64,000 nucleotides of DNA, from positions 4,288,001 to 4,352,000 of the forward strand of contig CATQHZ020000001.1 in the NCBI GenBank assembly GCA_958296135.2, written 5' to 3'. The position numbers and the translations under genes were made by a program. A model generated the notes under the pieces. That model searched no databases. It had not been told where the DNA came from and worked only from the letters and a program-made list of their open reading frames with translations. Position 1 is the first letter of the stretch; each line of letters starts with the position of its first letter. Shown here piece after piece: positions 41,001 to 52,256 of this stretch. This stretch comes from an uncultured Poribacteria bacterium (GTDB taxonomy: Bacteria; Poribacteria; WGA-4E; WGA-3G).

Positions 41001-44000
41001 ATGAACACAAAAGAAAGTTACGCGGAACTACAAGAGAAGATTTTAGGCGCGCGGCGCGTCTGGCGACGCGGGCTCTTCTGGACCGGGGCAGCCATCGTCC
41101 TGACAGGGCTGCTCGCGATAGTCGTCGGCGAATCCATCGTCGATTGGCTGATGCCGTTGCCGAACCCGGTGCGCATCGCGTTGCTCGCTGGCATTGTCAT
41201 CACGACAGGCTACCTGCTTTACAGGTATCTCGTCAAACCGCTGCGGGCATCTCTCACGCTGCGGGATGTCGCCCTCAACGTGGAACGGAACCACCCGAAC
41301 CTTGAGGATAGACTCGTCAGTGCCGTGCAATTCGGCAATCGCGACACCACGGATGCGATTGAAGCACACATGTTGCGCCGGTTGCTTGAGGATACAACGG
41401 AGCGCGTGAAAGGCATCGATTTCAAAGCCACCGTAGATGGCAGTCGGACGCGGAAGCACGTCGGTATCGCCGCCTTAGTCGTCGCCGGGTGTGCCGTGCT
41501 GTCGCTTTTGTTTCCCTCGGAGATTCATACGAGTTTGCTACGGGTGCTGGTGCCGTGGGAGAAAACTGAGCCGATTTTGACGACGAAGCTCACCGTTACG
41601 CCCGGAAATGCGCGCATTTTGCGCGGGAAAAGTTTGCCGATTCACGTCACCGTTACCGGTAAAGCTGCCGATAAAGTTATCTTGACGTATGGGGCAAATG
41701 ATGCCGCTCGGGCGCGCTTGCAACGCGCGCCTACCGAAGAGGGCCCCGCTGAACAACAGATTAATATGGTGCAGCATCCGGAGGATAAACGCGGCTTTGC
41801 TTACGAGATTTTCAACATTGACGCGGATATGGCATACTACGTCCAAGCAAACGAGGCGACATCGGAACGTTACACCGTGGATGTGTTTGAGATGCCGCGG
41901 GTGACAGACATCGCTGTTACCTACACCTATCCAGAGTATACTGGGCTGAAACCTGTCGTGCAGCAAGGCACAGGGGATATCCATGCTGTTGTCGGCACCC
42001 GTGCAGAAATCCGGTTGGCGACAAACAAAGCCATCCAAACGGCGACGTTTACGGTGAAGACTCGCGACCGGCAGGACGCGGCTGCCGGGACGGCGCGCTT
42101 GCAAAGCACGCCTACCGAAACGGATGAACCTGCTGCGCAGACACAAACGGAGATGGTTATTTCCGATGGCAACACGCTCACGACAACGCTAGATGTCTCC
42201 GAAGATGGGACATATTCCGTTGAACTCTTCTGCATTGATGGATTCAACAATGAGATTCCGGTTGAATACGAAATCCGTGCAGTGCCAGATAACGCCCCCG
42301 AGGTTGTCATCAAAGAGCCCGGGCGCGATGTCAAAGCGACAAAATTAGAAGAGGTGCAAATCGTCGCCGAGGCGAAGGACGACTACGGCGTTGAAAAGTT
42401 GTCCCTGATGTATCGCGTCGGTGCTGGCGAATTGCAGGAGCTCGCCATGGAGACAGCGGATATTGAAGAACAGCATCTCCGCCGCGGCACTTATACCTTC
42501 TACATGGAGGAGTTTGACGTGGAGCCGGGCGAAGTTATCTCTTACTATGCGCAAGCCACCGATAACAATACGCTCACCGGACCCGGCGAGGCAAACAGCG
42601 AGATTTACTTCATTGAGGTGCGGCCCTTTAACGAACGGTTCCAAGAAGAAGAGGGGGAACCGGGAGAACCTGCGCCGAATGTCGCCTTGGAGCTCATCGC
42701 CACCCAGAAGCAGATTATCCGAGAGACGTGGCAGCATATCAACGCCGCTCCTACGCCCATCACGGAAGACTATCGGTTCGCCGTAACGCAGACAGGAGAA
42801 AAGCAGTCCAAAGCGAAAGATAAGACGCAGCGGTTCGTTGACGAAATCAGCATGGCGATGCAGACAGCCGCGGTCGCGCCGGAAATTCTGATGAACTTGG
42901 AAGATGCCATCGACAGGATGCGCGAGGCGAGCGATAGCCTCAACGCCATCCAGCCGACAGCGGCGATGCCCCCCGAACAAGAAGCGTTAGAACTGCTTAT
43001 CAAAGTCGGCCTTGAACTCCCAAAAGTGCTGACACAAATGCGCAATAGTAACCCGCAAGCCGCGGAAAACCTTGAGTTGGAGATGGAGGAACTGCAGAGC
43101 GAAATTGAGCAAGACCAGGGCGAACTGGACCAGGAGATGCGGGAGCAGACGCAAGAAATGCTGAATCAGGCGCGGGAGATGTTAGAGGAACAGCAGCAAC
43201 TCAATCAACAGAGCCAGCAGTTGGGTAGAGAAAACCAACCCTCACCGAGTGAGATGCAGCAGAATAGCCAGCAGCAGGGACAGTTGTCGCAGCAAGCGCA
43301 GCAGATGTCCCAGCAGTTGGGACAGATGCAAGGCAGCGGACAAGGCACCCAATCGCAACGCCTCAGTCAAGCCGGGCAAGCGATGCAGCAGGCTGGCGAG
43401 CAGATGCAACAGGCGGCGCAAGGGATGCAACAGCAGGAACCGCAGCTGGGTGCCGCCAAGGGGGAACAAGCGGCAGCGCGGCTTGAAGAGGCGATTGAGC
43501 AACTGGAGAGCGTCGCCGCCGAACTTTCTGAGGATGCGCTTGAGGACGCTGTGCAGGCACTGCAGCAGTTGACGGAGGAGCAATCTGATGTGCAACAGCA
43601 GACGCAGGAGTTGCGGAATCGCGCGGCGCAATCGTCAATGCAGCCGGAAGATTTCGAGCAAGCCTCTGATTTGGCAAATCAGCAGCGGGAGCTTCAGCGA
43701 GAGCTGGAGTCTCTTGAGGGCGCGTTGCAGCAGCTTCAGGAGCAGCTCAACGCCGAGAATCCAGAGGCATCTCGAAACGTAGCGGATGCCGCCAGCCGCC
43801 TCACGGAAGAACAGACAGCGGCGGATATGGCGACGGCGCAGCGCGCCTTGCAATGGCGGAGTTTCCGTGCCGCGGACCAGAATCAGCAAGAGGTGCTAGA
43901 GACGCTGGAGCAGGCGCAGTCAGATTTGCAGCAGGCGCAGGCGAATATGGCGACAACGGAAGAGGCGCAGCTGGAAGCCGCTCTGGCACAACTCCAAAGC

Positions 44001-44450
44001 ATGGAAGCACAGATGCAGGATATCCAACGCGAACTCCAAGCGATGGAGGAAGCCGGAGAAACTGCGGAACAGCAACGTCTGCAACAGCTTTCCGAACAGC
44101 AACAGCAGCTCCAAGAGCGGATGCAACAGGCGCAACAGGCGATGCAAGGACAAAACGGCGATGGCGATGCTGAAGAGCAGCAAGGACGCGCGGGTGCCGA
44201 ATCGAACCGCGAAATCGAGGAGTTGTGGCTGGGTTTGCTGGATACGATGCGGTATCGTCCGAGCAACCGTTCGCGGCCGTTTCCGAAATACGAGATTGTC
44301 ATCCGCGACTTGAAGAAGTTGGAGTCGGCATTAGAAGAGCGACTCAACACGCTTCAGGAGAAGAAACGGCTCTCTCAGGTTGCGAAGGAGGATGTCCCGC
44401 CTGAATACCGCCGTCTTGTTGATAATTATTACGAGTCTTTGTCGCAATAA
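41001..44450 (+). CDS. DUF4175-like membrane protein with Ig-like domains and Gln-rich coiled coil
   Basis: Three N-terminal TMs, YTYPEYTG, A.DDYG, A.DN..GPG, Q-rich coil, C-terminal VPPEYRRLVDNYY; GGAGG RBS. Confidence 0.78.
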   Translation: MNTKESYAELQEKILGARRVWRRGLFWTGAAIVLTGLLAIVVGESIVDWLMPLPNPVRIALLAGIVITTGYLLYRYLVKPLRASLTLRDVALNVERNHPNLEDRLVSAVQFGNRDTTDAIEAHMLRRLLEDTTERVKGIDFKATVDGSRTRKHVGIAALVVAGCAVLSLLFPSEIHTSLLRVLVPWEKTEPILTTKLTVTPGNARILRGKSLPIHVTVTGKAADKVILTYGANDAARARLQRAPTEEGPAEQQINMVQHPEDKRGFAYEIFNIDADMAYYVQANEATSERYTVDVFEMPRVTDIAVTYTYPEYTGLKPVVQQGTGDIHAVVGTRAEIRLATNKAIQTATFTVKTRDRQDAAAGTARLQSTPTETDEPAAQTQTEMVISDGNTLTTTLDVSEDGTYSVELFCIDGFNNEIPVEYEIRAVPDNAPEVVIKEPGRDVKATKLEEVQIVAEAKDDYGVEKLSLMYRVGAGELQELAMETADIEEQHLRRGTYTFYMEEFDVEPGEVISYYAQATDNNTLTGPGEANSEIYFIEVRPFNERFQEEEGEPGEPAPNVALELIATQKQIIRETWQHINAAPTPITEDYRFAVTQTGEKQSKAKDKTQRFVDEISMAMQTAAVAPEILMNLEDAIDRMREASDSLNAIQPTAAMPPEQEALELLIKVGLELPKVLTQMRNSNPQAAENLELEMEELQSEIEQDQGELDQEMREQTQEMLNQAREMLEEQQQLNQQSQQLGRENQPSPSEMQQNSQQQGQLSQQAQQMSQQLGQMQGSGQGTQSQRLSQAGQAMQQAGEQMQQAAQGMQQQEPQLGAAKGEQAAARLEEAIEQLESVAAELSEDALEDAVQALQQLTEEQSDVQQQTQELRNRAAQSSMQPEDFEQASDLANQQRELQRELESLEGALQQLQEQLNAENPEASRNVADAASRLTEEQTAADMATAQRALQWRSFRAADQNQQEVLETLEQAQSDLQQAQANMATTEEAQLEAALAQLQSMEAQMQDIQRELQAMEEAGETAEQQRLQQLSEQQQQLQERMQQAQQAMQGQNGDGDAEEQQGRAGAESNREIEELWLGLLDTMRYRPSNRSRPFPKYEIVIRDLKKLESALEERLNTLQEKKRLSQVAKEDVPPEYRRLVDNYYESLSQ

Positions 44451-44596
44451 ACCCCACAGCTCCGTAGGGCGAGGGCCTGTCCCTCGCCTGATGAGATGAT
44501 AGGCAATTGAGGGTTTGGAAAAGATGTCTTGCTTTTTTTCACCCACTCGTGTATAATTAGCCAGCCTGATGCAAATGTCAATTCAGGTGCTCCAAA

Positions 44597-45348
44597 ATGT
44601 ATGAAATTGGCATCACAGAGATTAACACGCACGTCCGCCGCCTCGGTTATGTGTCGGCAATCTTGAAGTTGCTGGCGCATAAAACGCTCAGCGAGTCCTT
44701 GCTCTATAAGCGTCTTGAGAGGTGGAGCCTTAACCATGAAATCGCAATATTGACAAGACGCAGGACTATTTTCGGGTGCTCGCCGGGGTGTTTCACTGCT
44801 TCACAGGGCTATCCGAATCAACCGATGTTACCAAACACAATCGGTTCTGCCTCTGGATAGATGAAATGGAGAATTTCATCTATTTCACGCCGCCACAATA
44901 CCGTCCCTTTGGACAGGGATTGCGCGAACTTGTAGACAGGCTGCCCTATTTCTTCACACTTTTCATGAATTTCACGCTCACCGCGCCTGAGGAGTCTGAG
45001 GAAATCGAACTGATACTTGGAACCTATCTGATAGACCGGGTTACGCAGCAAATTTTCTTTCACGAGATGGAAGAGGCGGCGATGCTGCAGTATGTGAGCG
45101 AACTTCTCTCTCTCCCCAGACCACGAGTGCAGCCCAAAACGTGCTATGCACCGTTTGTCAAAGATGCACTGAAACTTCTCTTGACGAACTTGCAACGCCG
45201 CACACCGAGAGACGTGAATAAGCGGTGCCGGAACATCCTGCTGAAGGCGTTTGAAACCGGCGTTTTTGCCACCGGCACTGGCGCAGAAATCACGGTTGAC
45301 TTCGTCAGGAAAATGAGTCTGGAAGAACTAGATAGAGAGATGGGGTAA
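44597..45348 (+). pseudogene. Remnant: N-terminus of one gene joined to the C-terminal half of a P-loop ATPase
   Basis: Two overlapping frames; second has Walker-B-like LWIDEME and TPRDV but no Walker A. Confidence 0.5.
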
Positions 45349-45397
45349 CGTCCCCTCACGGCGCGCCCCCATCTGCGCCCAAAAACGGAGGAACTCT

Positions 45398-46204
45398 ATG
45401 TCACAACCTTTCATCGTCACGCCCGGCAGTAGCATCTGTTTAGCGGACTACGACGCGAACTACACCGGGCATTACCGCAAAAAAGGTGAAACGAAAAGTC
45501 CGCTGAAAAAACTGCAGAAGCGATTAGGAAAACTTCAGGAACTCCTCTACGCCGAAAGCCAGCGCGCACTGCTCATCATCCTGCAAGGCATGGATACTTG
45601 CGGAAAGGATGGCACTATCCGCGGTGTCATGTCCGGCATCAACGTGCAGGGATGCGATGTCGTCAATTTTAAGGTGCCCTCTGCGCGTGAGGCTGCCCAC
45701 GATTTCTTATGGCGGGCACACCGAGTCGTGCCGGGAAAAGGCACAATCGGCATTTTCAACCGTTCGCATTATGAGGATGTGCTCGTCGCACGGGTGCATA
45801 ACCTTGTGCCGGAAAAGGTCTGGGCTCTGCGATACCAGCAGATTAACAATTTTGAGAAGATGCTGGTGGAAAACGGAACGGTTATCCTGAAATTTTTCCT
45901 CCATATCTCCAAGGACGAACAGAGAACGCGGCTTGAAGCTCGGCTCAGCAACCCGGCGAAGCATTGGAAAATCACCGAATCCGACATTCGTGAGCGCGCT
46001 TACTGGAACGATTACATGCAGGCGTATGAGGCAGTTTTCAATACCTGTAGCACCGAGTGGGCACCCTGGCACATCATCCCCGCAAATAAGAAGTGGTATC
46101 GAAACCTCGTCATCACGGAACGTGTGGTTGAGACGCTGAAAAAGTTGGACATGAAGTATCCGGAGCCCACGTTCGATATTTCGCAAATCGCGATTGAAGA
46201 GTAA
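45398..46204 (+). CDS. ppk2: Polyphosphate kinase 2 family protein
   Basis: LQGMDTCGKDG, HDFLWR, FNRSHYEDVL, KFFLHISK, APW.IIPA.KKW. Confidence 0.92.
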   Translation: MSQPFIVTPGSSICLADYDANYTGHYRKKGETKSPLKKLQKRLGKLQELLYAESQRALLIILQGMDTCGKDGTIRGVMSGINVQGCDVVNFKVPSAREAAHDFLWRAHRVVPGKGTIGIFNRSHYEDVLVARVHNLVPEKVWALRYQQINNFEKMLVENGTVILKFFLHISKDEQRTRLEARLSNPAKHWKITESDIRERAYWNDYMQAYEAVFNTCSTEWAPWHIIPANKKWYRNLVITERVVETLKKLDMKYPEPTFDISQIAIEE

Positions 46205-46295
46205 GCCCGGTAGGATGGGCGCAAAACCAGTCCGGTAAGCCCGCTTTCAAAGCACGTCTACCGGGAAATCTCTATGAACCGATAAGGAGAAACCG

Positions 46296-47075
46296 ATGCT
46301 CTCAACACAGCAACTTGCACAATTTGAGGAGGAAGGGTATCTCAGGCTCTCCGGCCTCATCCCCGAAGCGACTGTCACAAAAGCAGAAGCAGCGATGTGG
46401 CAGATGATGGGGATGGCGGCAACTGACCCGGGTTCATGGACGCACTTCCAACGTCCACCGCTCTCCGGCTTTTACATGGAGCAGCTGTCAAACGGGAATC
46501 GGATTGAACTCTTCGGTGTGACGCATCCCGATGTCATGGCGTGTTGCACCCCGGACTACCTCGCTATCCTCTATCAACTCGCGGAGAGGTATCCGGAGAT
46601 TTCGCACTGTCAAAGCCGACAGCCCGATGGCATCTGGGCCCTCAATCAGTTTCCGGATGATAGACAGTGGAAATGTCCATCGCCGCACCTCGATGGCGAC
46701 TTCAGGGATTTGCGGCTAGACCCGGGCTGCTTTCGCGCGACAAGTTTAACCTACCTCACCGACGCGCATTCGCACGGGGGGACAACGATGATATGGCCTG
46801 AAGGGCCACAACGGATTCGCGCGTTTCGGAAACAGAACCCGCATTTCTCCACCCGGGTCGGCGATGTGCGCGCCCTATTCCCACAGATGGACTTAGGTGA
46901 ACCGATGGAAGTCACCGCCAAACAAGGCGATGTGCTCCTCTTTCACCATCTGCTGCCGCACGCCGGCACGATAAATGTCACGCCGCACCCGCGCTTTGCG
47001 ATTCGGTATATGTGCTTGTGCCGCGACTGCCGCATCTGGCAGAAGAAAGGCGAATGGAACATTTGGATGCCTTAG
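46296..47075 (+). CDS. Phytanoyl-CoA dioxygenase family protein
   Basis: QFEEEGY, HLD, YLTD, GDVLLFH..LPH. Confidence 0.8.
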   Translation: MLSTQQLAQFEEEGYLRLSGLIPEATVTKAEAAMWQMMGMAATDPGSWTHFQRPPLSGFYMEQLSNGNRIELFGVTHPDVMACCTPDYLAILYQLAERYPEISHCQSRQPDGIWALNQFPDDRQWKCPSPHLDGDFRDLRLDPGCFRATSLTYLTDAHSHGGTTMIWPEGPQRIRAFRKQNPHFSTRVGDVRALFPQMDLGEPMEVTAKQGDVLLFHHLLPHAGTINVTPHPRFAIRYMCLCRDCRIWQKKGEWNIWMP

Positions 47076-47147
47076 CACGCCGAGGTAGGAGCGATTTCTA
47101 ATCGCGACACCCTTGTAGGCGCGACGCCTTCAATAGAGGATAACCTG

Positions 47148-47900
47148 ATGATACACGCTAAAAACGCAAAAACCTTTTGTGCTATCGCAGCCGCTGTTCT
47201 GCTCGGTGTCATATTTATCAACAACGCAGCCGCACAGAAGGTGTTCGTCCAGACAGGATTTGAAGAATTCACCCTCGGCAAACCTCCAGAAGACTGGGAG
47301 GCAAAAGGCGACGGATGTGAGGTTACCGATGACACCGTCAAAACCGACAAAAAATCGCTCGCCATCTTGGGCGGCGCAGATGGCGACGGACTCGGCGTGC
47401 CGATAGAGACTAATAACCCGATTACCTCCGTTGAATTCTGGGTTTACATTGAGGGCGGCGGACGCGCTTTCAACGTCAAAATCAGTTCCGCCGATAACAT
47501 TGCCGAAAACAACGGCTGCACTTACATCAACTGGGACGCGGATATGGTGCGCCTCTACGACGGTGCCGCGTGGCAACCGATCGGCGACTTTGAAACGGAT
47601 ACATGGAAATATGTCCGCATTGTCGCTGATTTTGACAAAAGCGAGTTTGACTTCTACGCAGGCGACAGCCGGGAAGCAGCACTGACTGCAAAACCGGAAA
47701 AGGGACTCGCGTTTCGGAACGCCGCCCTCGCACCAGTAGCCAAGTGGCTCGTCTTTTATGTCTGGGGGATGACTGCCGCTGGCTACGTCGATGAACTGCT
47801 CGTTTATAGCGGCGATGAACCGCTGGAACTTGCGGTGGAAGCAGGCGGTAAACTGACGACGATGTGGGCGAATATGAAAACAGGAGACCGGGCCCGGTAG
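47148..47900 (+). CDS. Secreted beta-sandwich hypothetical protein
   Basis: Signal peptide; C-terminal AVEAGGKLTTMW motif. Confidence 0.75.
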   Translation: MIHAKNAKTFCAIAAAVLLGVIFINNAAAQKVFVQTGFEEFTLGKPPEDWEAKGDGCEVTDDTVKTDKKSLAILGGADGDGLGVPIETNNPITSVEFWVYIEGGGRAFNVKISSADNIAENNGCTYINWDADMVRLYDGAAWQPIGDFETDTWKYVRIVADFDKSEFDFYAGDSREAALTAKPEKGLAFRNAALAPVAKWLVFYVWGMTAAGYVDELLVYSGDEPLELAVEAGGKLTTMWANMKTGDRAR

Positions 47901-47953
47901 GTGCGGTTTGCAACGGCGCAAATTGATACGCGCCTACCCGAAATTGAGGAGGG

Positions 47954-48778
47954 ATGCCGAAGATGAACCCTGAACCTATGCAACTCACGCCAGCGCAACG
48001 GCTGCACTTCGACATCTACGGCTTCGTGCTACTCAAAGATGTCCTGAACAGCAATGAAATCGATGAGATGAAAAGCGCGCTCTATCGGATGAAGGCAGAT
48101 ACCGACAGGGAGACAAAACGAGTCTACACGCGCCCGGGTGGAGAACACCACGTGCTTTTCGGCAATCTTGTTGAATATGACCCGGCCTTATTGGCATACG
48201 CCGCGCATCCCAAACTAGTACCGCTCGTTGAGGAAGTAGTAGGCGGGGCCATCCGACTTGAGGAGACCGAGGCGATTATCAACCGCCGAAATCCGGAGAC
48301 AGCACTGAGCGAACTCCGCAAACGCCGCTATAACCCGACAGGCTTTCATCGGGGGACGCAGCAAGGCTGGGGCACCTACATGGAGCAGAACAAGTTCCAC
48401 TGCATCTTTGTGAAGACGCTCGCCTACCTCACCGATGTCGGCCCCGATGATGGCGGCACGTGTGTCATTCCGGGCAGTCACCGGTTGACGTGGCCGCAAA
48501 ACGAGATGATTGAGGCTGCGTTGGCGGATGACAAACTTATCTATCAAGTGGAGGCATCCGCCGGTTCCGTGCTCCTTTTCGCCGAGTCGCTCGTTCACAG
48601 CACGACTGCCATCCGTAGCGACAAGGAGCGGGTCATCCTTATCGCCGGCTACACGCCGCCGATGGTTCGCGAATGGCCCGGCAATGAAGTGAACCCCGAA
48701 TTTATTGAGACACTGCCGTCGGACATCCGTCCCCTCATCTCCGGCAGCGATAGTTGGCATTGGAAACGGCGGTACTAA
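47954..48778 (+). CDS. Phytanoyl-CoA dioxygenase family protein
   Basis: FDIYGF, FHRG, YLTDV..GGTCVIPGSH, AGSVLLF.E.L.H. Confidence 0.85.
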   Translation: MPKMNPEPMQLTPAQRLHFDIYGFVLLKDVLNSNEIDEMKSALYRMKADTDRETKRVYTRPGGEHHVLFGNLVEYDPALLAYAAHPKLVPLVEEVVGGAIRLEETEAIINRRNPETALSELRKRRYNPTGFHRGTQQGWGTYMEQNKFHCIFVKTLAYLTDVGPDDGGTCVIPGSHRLTWPQNEMIEAALADDKLIYQVEASAGSVLLFAESLVHSTTAIRSDKERVILIAGYTPPMVREWPGNEVNPEFIETLPSDIRPLISGSDSWHWKRRY

Positions 48779-48827
48779 GCCTGCTGTGGCCCGTAGGGTG
48801 CAGGAAAACCGGTCCCTCGCTAGCCTT

Positions 48828-50339
48828 TTATGCCCCCGATGTCCGCGGCATCCACAGCGGCTCCTTCCCCATCTCCGCGAACAACAACTTCATCACGAGC
48901 GCCGCCTTCAACTCGGCATGCGCGGGCGAATGCCAAAGGTTGTTGATTTCGCCCGCGTCTTCCTGAAGATCGAACAGTTCGCCGTAATCGCGGTTGTAGT
49001 AGACGGTGAGTTTATAGCGTGCGTCAACGTAAGTTTTGACATGAACCGTGGTTGGTTCGTGGTGATTTTCGATGATAACGTGCTCCCGAACGCTCGTTTG
49101 TTCGCCGTACCAGACCGGACCCTGGTCTTCGCCTGTCATCGCGCGCGGAATGTCAATCCCAGTGGCACTGAGGAACGACGGTGCCAGGTCTACTAAACTT
49201 TGCAACGCATCCGATTGCACACCGGCTGGCACCACTCCCGGATACCGGACGATGAACGGCACCCGAATCACATCTTCGTAGTGGAACGCGCCTTTCGCGA
49301 CGAGCCCGTGCTGCCCGTAAAAATGCCCGTGGTCGGACGTGAAGACGACAAGGGTATTCTCCGCAAGCCCCAACGCGTCCAGTTTCGCCAAGATTTGCCC
49401 GATGTATTTGTCCATCAGGCTCACCATGCCGTAATAGACAGCGATGTCCTTCGCGAGTTCGTCCTTGTCGCGCAGATGCGAATTGAACCCGTGGACACCC
49501 TTCCCACTTTCGCGCCACGCAGAGAAGTCAGGTTTCCGCTGCTGCGTCAGTTGAAAATGCGGCGGGTTGTTGGCATGCTCCCCTTCGGTGACAGATGGCA
49601 CCGTCAGGGAGGCTGCATCATACATCGTATCCCACGGCTCCGGCACGAGATATTTCGGATGCGGATCGAAGAAACTAGCCCAGAGGAAGAAGTTCTCACC
49701 GTTCCGCTGATACGTTTCTATGAGCGCGTTGGTGCGTTCGGCAATCCACGTATCGTAGTGGTATTCTTCGGGAATGGGCCATTTCCTATATTGTCCGCGG
49801 GCATTCCCGGTCGGCGGTGCGAAATAGTCGCGCCAATTCGTGCAGCCTTTTTCCTCCATCCAGATGGCGTAGTGCTGTCCGACGTGCGCCTCATCGGCGT
49901 GGTTGCGGGCGAGTTCGACATGCTCAAACCCATAAAACGGTTCGTTAAAGTTGCGCCAAAAATCCAGGTCCTGCAGAATCGGATAGGATTCGAGGGATGG
50001 GAATTCGTCGGTGCCGTGCAGGGGTTGAAAATGCGCCTTGCCGACGAGTGCAGTGCGGTAGCCTGCCGCCGTGAAATCTTCGCCGACGGTATGCTCCTCT
50101 TCAGAGAGCTTCGTACCGAGGGCCCAGGCTCCGTGTTGGCTTGGGTATTTGCCTGTGATGATAGAGGCGCGCGTCGGCGTGCATGTCGGGTTCGGGCAAT
50201 AGGCGCGATTGAAGAGCATGCCTTGCCGCGCGAGGGCATCCAAGTGTGGTGTCTGAATCTCTGGGTTGAGACACCCTAACGTGTTCCAATGCTGCTGGTC
50301 ACTGGTGATAAGTAAAATATTCGGTCTGGTTTGAGCCAT
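48828..50339 (-). CDS. Sulfatase (Cys-type)
   Basis: PNILLITSDQ, CTPTRAS, GKAH, SDHG. Confidence 0.92.
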   Translation of the reverse strand: MAQTRPNILLITSDQQHWNTLGCLNPEIQTPHLDALARQGMLFNRAYCPNPTCTPTRASIITGKYPSQHGAWALGTKLSEEEHTVGEDFTAAGYRTALVGKAHFQPLHGTDEFPSLESYPILQDLDFWRNFNEPFYGFEHVELARNHADEAHVGQHYAIWMEEKGCTNWRDYFAPPTGNARGQYRKWPIPEEYHYDTWIAERTNALIETYQRNGENFFLWASFFDPHPKYLVPEPWDTMYDAASLTVPSVTEGEHANNPPHFQLTQQRKPDFSAWRESGKGVHGFNSHLRDKDELAKDIAVYYGMVSLMDKYIGQILAKLDALGLAENTLVVFTSDHGHFYGQHGLVAKGAFHYEDVIRVPFIVRYPGVVPAGVQSDALQSLVDLAPSFLSATGIDIPRAMTGEDQGPVWYGEQTSVREHVIIENHHEPTTVHVKTYVDARYKLTVYYNRDYGELFDLQEDAGEINNLWHSPAHAELKAALVMKLLFAEMGKEPLWMPRTSGA

Positions 50340-50350
50340 AGTATGTTCCT

Positions 50351-51646
50351 CTACCTGTTCCGCAGGCAGCACTGCTTATACTTCCGGCCACTGCCGCACG
50401 GACAAGGCGCATTGCGTCCGACTTTGCCTTCGGCGGCTTGTCCCGGCATCCTCGGAGTTTTCGCGGCGTTCTGCCGTTGGCGCAGCATCGGCATGATGCT
50501 ATTCGCCGGCTGCCCCTGATGAAGTGCAGCCGCCATCATCTTCATCGGTTCGTCAATGTGCTTGAAAAACTGCTTGTAGCCGGCACAGAGATAGTTCAAC
50601 CCATCCTCGCCTGTCGGGGTTTTGATGAAGCGGTTTTTGGGGCAACCGCCGTTGCACACGAACTTCACCTCGCAGGTGCGGCAATATTCGGGGAGCGTAT
50701 CGCGCTTATCGGTGCCGAATTTGCGTTGGAAGTCAGAATCCACCAACTCGGCGATAGGCGTATCCGCAATGTTACCCACGTGATAGTCCGGCGTAACGAA
50801 ATGATCGCAGGAGTAGAGGTCTCCGTTATGTTCTAACGCGAGGGCATCCCCGCAGGTCTGGTTGAAGACGCAGAGACTCGGCGTATACCCCATCCATGCC
50901 TCCAACGCGACATCAAAAATCTGCACGAAGATGGTGCCGATGTCGTTCATCACCCACTCATCGAAAATCTGGCAGAGGAATTTGCCGTATTGCCGTGCCG
51001 TGACAGAGCGCGGTGACACATTCTTGCCGCCGAAATGTTCGACTGCGGGGATGAACTGCATAAACTCCGCGCCAAGTTCCTTGAAGTAGGCGTAGACTTC
51101 CTTTGGCGACTCGGCGTTGTGGCGGTTGACAACACACAGCACATTGTAGTCAACCTGATGCTTCTGCAAAACGCGTAGTCCGCGAAGCACCTGCTGGGAC
51201 GATGAACGCCCGCGTTTGTCATAGCGGTATTTATCGTGAATCTCCGGCGGCCCGTCAATACTCACGCCGATGAGGAAGTTGTTCTGCTTGAAAAACTCCC
51301 CCCATTCGTCGTCGAGGAGCGTGGCGTTGGTCTGAAACGAATTCTGGATTGTCATGCCGGTGCGGCGATACTTCTTCTGATAGGCGATAGCGCGGCGGAA
51401 GAAGTCTACGCCCATCAACGTCGGTTCGCCGCCTTGCCATGCGAAGGTGACTTCGTTGACTTGCTGCGCCTCGATGTATTGCTTGACGTAGTTCTCCAAA
51501 ATCTCGTCATTCATCCGAAATGAGTTGGTTTCGGGGTAAAGTTTCTCTTTATCAAGGTAAAAGCAATATTCGCAATCGAGGTTGCATATCGGCCCGATGG
51601 GCTTTGTCATGACATGAAACGCGCGGGGTGCTCTGTATTGAACCAT
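50351..51646 (-). CDS. Anaerobic sulfatase maturase (radical SAM/SPASM) with SEC-C tail
   Basis: CNLDCEYC, WQGGEPT, YSCDHFV, CNGGCPK, GRNAPCPCGSG. Confidence 0.93.
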   Translation of the reverse strand: MVQYRAPRAFHVMTKPIGPICNLDCEYCFYLDKEKLYPETNSFRMNDEILENYVKQYIEAQQVNEVTFAWQGGEPTLMGVDFFRRAIAYQKKYRRTGMTIQNSFQTNATLLDDEWGEFFKQNNFLIGVSIDGPPEIHDKYRYDKRGRSSSQQVLRGLRVLQKHQVDYNVLCVVNRHNAESPKEVYAYFKELGAEFMQFIPAVEHFGGKNVSPRSVTARQYGKFLCQIFDEWVMNDIGTIFVQIFDVALEAWMGYTPSLCVFNQTCGDALALEHNGDLYSCDHFVTPDYHVGNIADTPIAELVDSDFQRKFGTDKRDTLPEYCRTCEVKFVCNGGCPKNRFIKTPTGEDGLNYLCAGYKQFFKHIDEPMKMMAAALHQGQPANSIMPMLRQRQNAAKTPRMPGQAAEGKVGRNAPCPCGSGRKYKQCCLRNR

Positions 51647-51754
51647 TATGGTTTTCCTCTCTCGGCAAAAATCGGGACCGGGCCCTGGGTATCGGGACCA
51701 GGAGGTCCCTCCTACCGGGCCCTGGGTTTAGGTTACAATTTAGCATATTTGGGG

Positions 51755-52078
51755 TTTTGTTTGCAAGAAAAAAAGAGGTTCCGCCGCGGAAACCTCTTTT
51801 CGGTAGGCGGGTTCTCCCGGTCCCGATTCTTCCACTGTCTGAGCGATCAAGTCGCCAGCATCGTGGACTCTGCCGTAATTTCCATCCTGAGGGATAATCT
51901 GAAATCTGGGTCTGAATTTTGTTTGCAAGAAAAAAAGAGGTTCCGCCGCGGAAACCTCTTTTCGGTAGGCGGGTTCTCCCGGTCCCGATTCTTCCACTGT
52001 CTGAGCGATCAAGTCGCCAGCATCGTGGACTCTGCCGTAACTTCCATCCTGAGGGATAATCTGAAATCTGGGTCTGAA
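51755..52078. repeat. 162-bp tandem duplication containing a hairpin, a REP and a TIR gene fragment
   Basis: Units 51755-51916 and 51917-52078 differ by one substitution seen by eye. Confidence 0.88.
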
Positions 52079-52256
52079 TCAGGATTTGCAGGATTAAAGA
52101 ATTAACAGGATGAGGGGCAACTTTTGCTGCATCGTGCAACCGGTACAGCCAAATCCCTGTGAGGGCGACATGTTTATAGCAACGTTGGCATCTACGGAGA
52201 GCCGCCAAAAACAACGATGCCCGAAAAGAACTTCGGTGGTTCTATCCGCACCGTTT

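Noticed and set aside
51552-52214. 220-aa and 163-aa ORFs with internal repeats
   Set aside because: Products of the 162-bp tandem duplication
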